Shown piece after piece: positions 39,801-51,800 of a DNA stretch of 57,733 bases; within the stretch, counting starts at the first letter, position 1, and each line of letters opens with the position of its first letter. The DNA is taken from NCBI GenBank assembly GCA_042217545.1, contig JBDGSM010000017.1, positions 4,755 through 62,487 of the forward strand, read 5' to 3'. The DNA comes from Candidatus Nanohalobium sp. GTDB taxonomy: Archaea > Nanohalarchaeota > Nanosalinia > Nanosalinales > Nanosalinaceae. A model generated the notes under the pieces. That model was not told where the DNA came from, ran no database searches, and saw only the letters and a list, made by a program, of their open reading frames with translations. The position numbers were made by a program, and so were the translations under genes.

Positions 39801-42800
39801 GCATAAAACTCGGGCCTTCCAACCTGGACACCAGCTCTGTCAAGTACGCGTTCAGCAATAGCAGCGGTAACTACACCAGCAGCGGAGCCGGCTTCGGAAG
39901 CCTTCCTCACGACACAGGAAACAACTTCTCGACAAGCGTGGACACCACAGGACTTGAAGACGGATACTACATGCTGACAGTAAAGGCCTCGGACGCCGTA
40001 AACAACCAGGCCATCTACAGGAAAGAAGTGAAAGTTGACAACGAGCCACCGGAGATCGACTTCAGAGAAAACATAAGCAGGAAAGCAAAGATCACGGTCT
40101 CCGACGGAAGCAACCAGAAGAAAATAACTCTAAGGCCTGGAATCGAGAAATACCCGGTTTCCTTCTCAGGCACTTCTGGCAGCGCCACCTTGGATATCCT
40201 GATGAACTCCAGCACTCCGCTCGAGACAGGCCTGATTAACTCCCTGGTCCTCAAGGCCTCAGACGGATCAGTAATCAGAAATATCAGCACAGAAAGCCAG
40301 TGGGACCAGGGCAGCTACAGCGGGCTTTCAACTGACGGCAGAACCAGTTCCGCCCTGGGCCTTGGCAGCCAGAACGGAAGCTCCGGAGATAGTTTAGTAG
40401 GATACTGGAGATTCAACAGAAAAGTTTCAGGTAAAGGCGGAACCATTCCGGACAGCTCAGGCAACTCCAATAAAGCCACGCTACTGAACGGATCGGACAT
40501 AACAGGCGATGGAATCTACAGTACCAACTCAGTTGATCTTAACGGCATCAACCAGTCAGTCAGGGCCGATAAAAGTGCGGACCTGAACTCGAGCTCCCTG
40601 ACATTCTCGACATGGTTCAAGATGGACAGAAACCTTACATGCAGCAGCAATAACAACTGGAGAAGCTTTGCACACAAAGGCAGTAGCACCTCAGGAAGCA
40701 ACCGTGGATGGGACATAGTGCTTGAAGAGGGCGGAGCAACAGCATTCGACGTGAACGGAACACGGTGGTGGCCTGACAGTTTCCACGACGAGAAAGTCGG
40801 TTATCCTCTCGACGAATGGCATCACTACACTTACACCTACAAAGCAAGCACAGGAAGAATGGCGTTCTACAAAGACGGAAAGCTCATCGATTACTACTAC
40901 AAAGAACCAGGACCTATCCGGCCAGCAGCATCACAGCTCAAAATAGGTGGCGGCACAGACACAGGCTGCCCATCAGGCTCTGGATACGTACCAGGTTCCT
41001 ACGACGAAGTCCAGGTCTACGACCAGGCACTCGCAAAAAGCCAGATCCAGGACCTCTACAGCAAAACAAGCAACGCCTACAAAGGAACCTACACAGACAG
41101 CTTCAGCACTTCAAAAGCTGTAAAAAGCATCGAAGTAAATACAGACAACCTCTGGAACAGCAGAGTACAGAACACAGAGACCTTCAATATCAGCATCTTC
41201 GACGAACTGCTGAACGACGACCCATCCACCTACAAGTACAGGATCAACGGCGGAAGCTACCAGAGCATTCAGAACCTCGGAAACAGCAGCTTCTCCGCAA
41301 CAAAGGACACCACAGGCCTCTCAAACGGCTGGAACAGTATCGAGGCAAAGGCCTCAGATACGGAAGGCAACACCGGTACGAAGAGATTCAGATTCTTCGT
41401 GGACAACCAGAACCCATCTATCTCAGCCATCTCAGCAAACACTTCGATCACCAACGGCGATACAGTAGGCCTCTCGGCAGACATATCCGACAGCAGTCTC
41501 AACGCATCATCCGTCAACTTCACACTGATCAACGCCACAGACCAGGCCTTTGAGAAAGATCCCAGCGAGAGCTGCGATTACACCAGTTCAAAGTTGAGCT
41601 GTAGCTCTGCCTGGACTCCCTCAGGCCTAAAAGACGGCAGCTACAACTTCAAGGTCCACGCATCGGACTTAATGGGTCACAAAGCCTCGAACCAGGATCC
41701 TGGAGAGAGCTTCTACCTCGATACCAAGAAGCCTAACATCACCTCTTCAGGCATCAACGACTCATTCGTCCAGTCAAGTCAGAACCTGCTTGTATGGGCC
41801 TTGGCGAACGACGACCACAATGTTTCAACTGTTAAAGCAGAGGGATACAGCCTCAGCGAACAGCCAGCAGGCAACTGGAGCAGCGTGATACCGGTAACGG
41901 ACGGCGTAGTTAATCTGACAGTTAAGGACGTCGCAGGTAACAAGAAGAGCTACGGAAATCTGAACTACACGATCGACGATAAAAGACCTCAGATCTCAGG
42001 CCTAACCTCAAACGCCAGTGCAGACTTTGCACAGGGCGACCAGGTCGTAAGATTCGAACTAAACGCTTCCGACAGCCACATGAGAAGTGTAGGCCTGAAG
42101 AACAGGAGCTCAGGAAAATACGTGGGCATGGTGAACGGTTCCAAGCAGACATGGTACCTCAAAATAAGGCCTAAACAGCTAGGCCTTGTGGAACAGGAAT
42201 ACAATCTAACAGCCAGAGCTATCGACAAGGCAGACAACCTGAGAAAGGATTACTACAATATTACAATCGACAACAGTCCTCCAAGGATCAAAAAAGTCGT
42301 CCTGAACGATACAGTCATCCGTTCCAACACAGAAATCGCCGTGAACGCCACTGTAAACGATAGAGCTCCCGACTGGGTGAACGCGAACGGGGTCAACCTT
42401 TCACAGAACGGAAACCTCTGGAAAGGAACGATAAACGTCAATCTTTCGACGGAGAACCCTGTAAACGTCACCGCGGAGGACCTGGCAGGTAACTTCAACT
42501 CAAACGCTTCAGTAGGCTACACAATAGACAATACCGCACCAACGATCTCCGCCTTTGTTTCAAACGCATCTTCGGGAGTCACAAGATCCGATGCAGAACT
42601 CAGGTTCAACGTCTCGACGAGCGACGCAAACATGAGAAACGTCACGGTGCAGGGAGAAGGCCTAACCCAGGGCAGCCCGTGGTTCCTCAAAGCCACGCCA
42701 GGAAGCCTCGGCTGCGCAACAGGAGTCGCAGACCAGAACTGTACCTTGACCGCCAAATCCACAGACAAAGCGGACAACACCCAGAGCAGGGATCTAAACA

Positions 42801-45800
42801 TCACAGTAGACGATGTAAGGCCTGACGTCGGCAACTTCACCAGCAACGTATCCATAATAAGGCCTGGATCAGCAGTCTACTTCACTGCAGACATCGACGA
42901 CGCGAATGTAAGGAACGTAACAGTCAGGAACTCTACCGACACCGTCTGTGAGATGACACGGGTCTCGGGTACAAACTACAGCTGCTCGACCCAGTTATAC
43001 AACTCTTCAGATTACTTCGTCGACGCCTTAGACCTGGCAGGTAACGTGAACGATACACAGAGCGTGAACATCGAGACAGATACCACGCCACCACGGTTCC
43101 TGAGCTTCGGATCGAACGCCACTTACAACGCAAGCAGAAGCGGCGCCAATCTCAACTTCACTGCTGTAGCAGAGGACCTAAGACTGGAAAAGGTCAGTAT
43201 CGGCGGAATAAAAGCCAGTAACCTGAGTTCAACTTACTCCCTGGTCAGGACGCCTGGAGAGCTAGGATGTCCAACCACAGGAGAAAGCGTCTGCGGAATA
43301 AGCTTCTACGCAGAGGACGTCCCGGGCAACTCAAAGAACAGGACGTACAACCTGACAGTCGACAACATCGATCCAGATATCAACCTGGTGAAAATCGACG
43401 ACCAGATAATCCAGTCAAACTCCACAGTCAAGGCCACGGTGAACGTGAGCTCGGAGACAGATACAGACCTTGAATACGTGAAAGCTGAAGGTCAAGGCCT
43501 TACCTGGAACGGCTCCCTATGGACCGGGAACATCAAGGTGGACAACGACGGCTACGTCAACGCATCCACAAAGGACAAAGCCGGGAACACCGACCTCAAT
43601 GAATCAGTACAGTACATAATAGACGATCAGGCTCCAAACGCCTACAGCTTCAACTCAAACACATCTCAGGACGTCAGCAGAAGCGACAAAGTCCTTAACT
43701 TCAACCTTAACGCGAACGACAACTACCAGCTCAGAGATGTCAAGATATGGAACAAGACATCAGGCAAAAAGCTGGACATGACCAACACCGGAGGAACCAG
43801 ATACGCAGTAAACACCACGCCAGCATCCCTGGGCTGTCCTGAAGGAGTAAACAGAAAGAGCTGCGACCTCACAGTCACCGCAACCGACAGGGCAGACAAC
43901 AAGGCCAACACGAGCTACACCCTTACAACGGATGATATAGCACCAGACATCCAGGACATCAATTTCAACGACACGGACACCGTTGTCAAACCTAACAAGA
44001 CCCTGAAAACAAACCTTACACTTGTAGACGACAAACAGAGCACTATCTCAGAGCTCAAGGTCGAAAACCAGTCAATCAGCCAGAAAAGCAAGAACAGTAC
44101 AGGAGGCCTGAAAAGCATATGGGAAGGATCTATCACGATCGACAACGACGGCTTCCTCAATATCACCGCCAGAGATCAGGCAGGAAACACCAACACAGAC
44201 AACTCCACAGAATACATAGTCGATGATACAAGTCCTACAATCCAGAACCTGAATACAAACTCCAGCAACGGGGTAATCAGAAGCGACCAGACACTAAACA
44301 TAACCGTGAACGCCAGTGACCGATACAACCTCTCCTCAGTGACAGTGAACGGCCTGAATATGCACAAGACCGGCAAATGGATATGGAACAGGGCAGACAC
44401 CGCCGGAGACCTCGGATGTACCACGGACGGCAACTGTGAACTCCAAGCAAAAGCCTTTGACCAGGCAGGATGGAACAGCAGCACAAGAAAGTACCTGAAA
44501 ATCGACAACACGAATCCAAACGTAGGAACACTGACAGCACTGAACGCCAGCGACGGAAGCCCTGACGCAGCACTCGGTAAATGGAACCTGGACTGGAGAC
44601 TTTTCAACACGACAGATGCAACCAACCTGACAGTAAAGCTATACGCCATAAACGGTACGACAGGAAAAAGCACCGGCGGCAACACGACAGTCCTGAAGCA
44701 GTTCAACCAGACGTCCTACAGAACAGTCAAGAGGCCTGTATACTTCAACGCCACCAACGGGACCTACACGCTGGTCGCAAACGTAACAGACGAAGCAGGA
44801 AACCGTGTCAACACGACTTACAGGCTTGCGATCACGGCCCAGCCTCCGGAGATACCTGATGCCTGGGCTTCAAACAAGAGGCCTGAAGAGGACCGGGAAA
44901 AGGCCACGATCAAGGCTAACATAACCGATACCAACGAGATCGATACGACAAAGATGACCATCCTGAACACAGGCAAGACATTCACCAACCTGACACTGCT
45001 CCAGCCAGCTACAGGAAATAGAACAGGAGGCATATACGGTGTAGACTACACACCGCCGGATAATGGATACTACAACATCAGTGTAACCGGTATAGACGGG
45101 ACAGACGAGAGGAGAACAGAGGAATTCGACAGAGTCTTCAAGGCCATAGGCAAGACCTCTGGAAACCTGTCGATGAACGCCCAGAGAACGGTATTCGACA
45201 ACATAACCCAGAACTACACCGGAAGAACACCTGTAGATGTAAACTTCACGAACACAGGTCTCGCAGGCAGCTACCAGACCTCGATCCAGCCTGCACTGGT
45301 ACAGGCAGGAGTGACCACAAACAGCACAGGGAAGAACTGTGGCAGAGTTGACAACGGTTCCAGCTGCCAGGCAACCATCCTGATAAACGTATCTCCACAG
45401 GCTTCACCCGGCACCAAACGTGTCGCGGAGTTCGCTGACTGGGTGAACCCTGACGGCACGAACGCCAGCATCTCCGACACCCTGGGCCTTACAGTCAAGA
45501 AGAACCCCGTACTGAAGCTCCGGAAAGACAAGATCTCAAAGGATGTATGGTGGAACCAGAAGGTTAACGTGACAAACCTAAGCGCATACAGCTTTGGTAA
45601 CTACAAGCTGAAGAACGTTACTGCAACCGTCTCGCAGAGCTACCTGAACAACAGCGCAACCAACAACCTGCTTGGCAGCTATTACAGGTTCTTCGGCGAA
45701 GGAAATAACGTCTCAAAGGACGAGACCGGGAATAGCTCCTTCCAGGTCCAGATACCCGACAAAGGAAGATATATCTTCGAACTGAAATCAAAGGCCTCAA

Positions 45801-48800
45801 ACAACCAGAACTGCGGAGGAAACCAGTGCAGCGACACCAAAGTCGTCGACCTGGATGTCTTCAGGAAGACAGATGTCAACTTCCTGACCTCGCCTGGCGA
45901 AAAATACCGGGGCAGCAACTACCTCCAGGCCAGAGTGGTCAACGGAGAAGGGAACAACGTAAACGGCTACACTGTAGGCTTCTACGACAACGGAAGCCTG
46001 ATACAGAACGTCTCAATGTCCGGAGGCCTGGCAGACTTCAACTGGAACACCGAGCAGAAACAGCTCGGCTTCCACAACCTTACAGCCAGGATATGGGACG
46101 ACGAATCCAACCACTTCAGAACTATCGACAGCACGGAGAGTGTCGGAGTCACATTGAACGACAGCCTCCAGATCTCCCGGGACATCAACGACAGGGACAT
46201 GTACTGGTACGACAACCAGACCGACCACAACGTAACCCTTAACTATACTGTAAGGAACAGAAACGGCTACTCGGTCGAAAACGCAACAGTCTCCCTCATA
46301 TCCAATTCATCCGACAAGTTCAAACATGTAGGAAGCTGCAGGACAGATCCAAACGGTAAATGCAACATCACATGGAACACAAACGTCTCGACACCAGTCA
46401 ACGCCACAATAAGATCAAAGGCCTACAAGAACAGGTACTACGATAACTCAACAACCAACGACAGTATTGTAGAGATCAAAGGAGGATTCTCAGTGGAGAT
46501 AGGCGTCCCAGACACAGGCCTCAACTGGAAGAACGACACTGACCTTATAGTAGGCAGAAACCAGTATCTCAAAGCCCTGATCACTGATGAAAACGGTACA
46601 TCGGTAACGCCTAACAATATCAACTGGACTATCAACACCTCCTCAGGCTACAAGCAGATTGGAAACAGCAAGAACCTGACCTGGACAGTCTCAGGAGTTT
46701 CAACAGGGCCTCATGAGTTGAACGTAAGTACAGAGACCCAGCAAGGTGTGAAAACAAGCGATACGGTCAACGTGGGCGTCTACGAACCAGTCGATATCTC
46801 AGTGAACAGCGTATCCCCGGGCAACACAGAAAGAAAGAACTCGACAGTCCAGATAAACGCGAACGTAACAAATACGAGGACAGGAAATCCTCTGGACGGA
46901 TACAGATGCAAGCTTTCGGACCAGAGCGAAGGAGAGTTCATAAACTCCACACAGTCCCTGTCCTCAGGCCTCTGCACCATGACCTGGAACACAGAATACA
47001 CGGACTTCGTGGGCACACACAACCTCAGGATAGATATACCTGAAAACAGGACGGGAACATGGTACCTGCCAGTCAAGAACTCGGCCGAGACAAGATCAGT
47101 TACACTTACAGAGAAACTGAACCTCTCAGTCCAGAAGCCCAGGGGCATAATCCACAGATACACATCACAGGATCTCCAGGCAGAGGCCAGGAACGCATAC
47201 AACAAGACCTCAGCCACGATAGAATGGAGACACGGAGGCAGCAACGTACAGCCAAACGGAACAGGCAAACAGGGCGACTGGAACACGTCAGGCCTAAGCC
47301 TGGGAGCTTACCGGCTGAACACAACCGCCTCAAAGCCCCAGTACACCTCGGACCTCGTGAGAAACAACCTCACAGTCTACGGGTACAGCAAGGTTAATTT
47401 CAACGAGTCAGGCCTCTACACCTCCGGAGATCGGATCAACCTATCCTTCAGAGCGGAAGATGTCAACACCACAACAGGAATAGCAGATTACCCGGTCCAG
47501 GTGTACCGGAAGTACGAGAACGGAAGCTACAAGGCCTGGAGAAACGGTACCACCGGAAGCTCTGGCTGGTACAACACGACCTGGAACACAACAAACGACA
47601 GCATAGGAGACTACAAGCTGAAAGCAGACATCAGCGACAACTCGACTCTTTACTACAACAACACTAACAGCAACGTGACCAGAAGCTTCTTTGTCGGAGG
47701 CACTCTCAACCTCAACATAACCGGCCTCAGCAAGGAAACAGTCTACCGGGACCAGCTCACGGAGCCTTCGGAAACGGTGATAGAGGCGAACGTCACTAAT
47801 GGAGGTATCCCGGTCAGTAATGCCGCCAAGGTAGAGTTCGACTTCTCCGGGAAAAAAATCGGTGAATGCCTCACAAACTCGACAGCAACCACCGGATTAT
47901 GTAACATCACATGGAACCCGGGCAGCGACAGGAAAGTCGGAGTCCAGAACATAACCGCACAGGCCTCCGCAGATAACTACTTCAACTCCAGTAAAGCCAG
48001 GAGGCAGATCGAGATCAGGACAGGAATCAGGCCTTACTTCAGAGACAAGAAGGAGACAGCAAGCTTCAACTTCTCCAGCAAACAGGGCCTCAACATCACC
48101 CCACAGGTTATCGAAACATTCACCGGCGACGGAGTCGGAAACTACAACTTCAACCTGGGATACGGGGACAGGAAAGACGATATCGAAGTGGAGACCTCAA
48201 AGAAGGCCTGGAGCAACGACTCGGCAACCCTGGCCGATATGAACAGCAGCCTGGCGATCAGCGGAACATCAACAGTCAACGTCTCAGCAGAGGACAGGGA
48301 GATAATAACTCTAAACGTCTCGAAAGCAACAGAGAACTTCAGCCTGGGCTTCAGGAGAAACAGTTCCTGGAAACAGGCCTTCAAAGGAAGCTTCAACGGA
48401 ACCAGAAACCTGGAGATACCTGACGGCAAGATAAAAGCCCTGAACATCTCCACCTCAGGCAACATCACCCTGGAAAGCCTGAAGCTGGTTGACACGGACC
48501 TGGCGAACAGGAAGGAGCTGATGAGACGGCGCATACTGGGACAGTTCGGAAACTCCAGGATGAACTTCGAGAACTCCAAACCACACAACGATTACAGCAG
48601 ATGCATGAACTCGGGAAGCTGCGTTCTCAACGGCACATACGTCGGAACAGAACCCGGCTTCAACGACAGCGTGGAAGGTAGCAGGACTCCCGGAGTGTTC
48701 AGCGGAAAAGCCCTGCTCGCCAACATCACCAACATGTCCGCAAACGATTCAGTCAGCATCCGAAGGCCTTACCTGGAGTACTACCCCGGGGAGAAGAACT

Positions 48801-51800
48801 TCAGCTCGTCGGATCTGCTTAGCTTCTGGATCCAGAGCGATATTCCATTCAACATGACTGTTGAGGACGGACCTGACGGTTCAGGAGTATGCAGCTACAG
48901 GGAGAGCTACAACAGCACGGATCTCTGGGAACTCAAACAGTACAACCTCTCGGAGTACAGAGAGCAGTGTGGGGTCGGAGTAGCCCAGATCTCCTGGAAC
49001 TTCCACCACCGAGGGACTGGAAACGTCTCCACGCTGGTAGGCCTCGACCAGGTAAGCAAGCTCACACCCGCAAAGACCAACGTCAACGGGACCAGGAACC
49101 TGGAACTGCTGCCCGGAAAGACAGGTCAGTACGACTTCAAGCTGGGGATCAAACAGTCCGGATTCTACAACCTCTCACAGAGCACGGCTTTCAAGACGAT
49201 CAACATCAACACTGGAAGAGGAAGAAAGAGCGTCGCAGGCAAGAAAATCGGCGGAGAAACCCAGAGAAAGGAAATAGCGCCTACAGGACAGGTCAACACA
49301 ACAGACTTCTGGGTAGAACCCGACTACATCAACGCCACGGTAGCAGCAGAAACCTACGGAACGTTCGGAAAAGCAACGATCTACAACAACAAGACCAAAG
49401 ACCTGTTCCTCCAGCTCTACGAAGGAAACAGAGCAGACCTGCTCGACGTACAGGACAACGTCACCGTAAAGGCCAGCACCCCCAGAACACAGGAACTGCA
49501 CGATGTAGGCCTCGGCTTCAACAGTTCACAGCCCGGAACCTACAACGGAACAGTTACGTTCTTCGATCCAGCAACAAGGAACTACGACACAGTAAACGTA
49601 ACACTCAACGTCAGAAACATTATAATGAATATCGTGAACACCTCTGCGGAACACGGCAGGGACAACATCACTTCAGGAGACACGATAACGGCCTACGCCA
49701 ACGTCACATACAATAATACAAAACAGATCAGCGACGCAGGATGGAAGGCCTCAATACAGGGAGATAAATGCTCGAACGTTAACTCCAAATACATAAACAG
49801 CACAGGCCTCTGGAAGATCAGCTGCAGCGCCCCCGGCATCAAGAAGAATCCGGTAAACGTCAGCTACGAACTCACAGCGCTGAAGGACAACCTGGAGATA
49901 AAGGCGAGGAAAGGCCTGAAGTACAGAGATGTCACACCTCCTTTCGTGGTCTCGAAGACCGGGGACAACGTAAGACAGGGAGAAAACGCCACAGTCCGTC
50001 TTGAGGCAGTCGACAACGTTGGAATAGACAACGTCACCGGTACGGGAATCTATCTCGGGAACAGTACCAAGGTCGGAAACGTCTCTTTCAGCAAGGTCAA
50101 CGGCAGATACGTCGGAAACCTGACACATACAGGCAGTAAAGGAGACTACGATGTGAAGGCCAGACTTGAAGACGTGAACGGCCACACAAGAACGGTAAGA
50201 ATACCTGTATCCGTCTTCCCATTCGTCAACTTCACAGGATCCATGAAGGATATGAAAGCGGACTTCAGATTCCAGAGGCCTTCCTCGAACACCACCCTGA
50301 TAGATGCATCCACGGACGAGAGCTACAACCTGAAGGTCCAGAACAGGAGCTATGACGTCAACATAGATGTACAGCCTGACAGGCCTGAAAAAGTAGGTGA
50401 ACCAGTACACAACATAGAGTTCATAAACACGTCGGTTAAAGGGAACATGACAGATCCTGTGTCTGTGTCGCCTGTGGAGAACGGAAACCCGGTCAACTTC
50501 CAACACCCATCAGGAACGACGAACAACACCTTCACAGGAGTATCCATTAACAGCAGCTTCAACTTCAGCAAGGCAACCATCACCTTGAACTACTCGAACA
50601 ACGAGGACTTTGACGAAGCAGACGAGAACAACCTCCGTGTCTTCAAATGTGAGTACGGAGCCGCAGGAAAATGTAATACCTCGGACTGGAGGCAGCTGAA
50701 CACCACCATCAACATAACAGAGAACACTGTGAAAAGCTCCACCAACAGCACATCATCCTACATCGTTGAGAGGCTTTACACACCTAACAACAACCAGGGC
50801 GGAAACCAGGGACAGCAGAACAAAAACAAGAAGAAAAACAAGAACGGCGGCTTCCCAGGAGGCCTTACAGGAAACGGAAAGAACAGCAACCAGTCCAAAC
50901 AAGATAACAAGTCCGATATCGCCAAAGAACCGTTCATCCTGTCGCCACATATCTTCCAGCCTATCATGTTCCGTGGAGACGAGAGAACATTCCTCCTGAA
51001 GATCGAAAACAACAGGGAAAAGACGATCAACCTGAACATGAGTATTGAAGGCGAGCTCAGGAAACTGCTGGGGCCTAAACACAGCTCCATGAACATCTCA
51101 GCGAACTCCACCGCCGTAACAGAGCTGAGAGCCTCTATCCCTGAGGACGCAAAGATCAAGACATACACCGGGCAGATAATCGCCCAGTACGGAAACGTGA
51201 CAGTTAACAGCTCCCAGTCGATCCTGGTATCAAGGAAAGGTTCCGAAGGCTTCCATCTGAACGTTAAGGCCTTGACCAAGAACGTGGAGCCAGGTTCGAA
51301 CTTCAGCTTCCAGACAAAGATAAACAAGATCACCCTAGAGACTCCGCTCCAGGTAAATATGACGCATTACTTCAGGGAGAGTGATACGGACAAAGTTATA
51401 CTGAAACTGAACAATTCATTCAAAGTAAGCGACAGTAAAACCATTAAGAGAAAGATATCGACCAAAGATATTCCTTCAGGAAGTTACTATGTCCAGACCG
51501 TTGCAAAGGCCGGTAACACGACAGTTGTTGACTCAGCGACTGTTGTTATCAAGGAAAGCTTCTGGACGCCGTTGAAGACCCGGGCCTTGATACTGATAAT
51601 CGCAGTCATCCTGATCAGTGTCCTTGGATGGAAAGGTTACCAGTACTACTGGACGAAGAAGGAGGAAGAAGCACGTTACGTCTTCCCAGTAGATTACAAC
51701 AGACTACCAGATGAAATAGAGGACAATTACTGGGTCGGAAAGATCGCAGAGACAGAGAAAGATGCGTACATCGATCCAAGCGACCTCACAACCCACGCGA

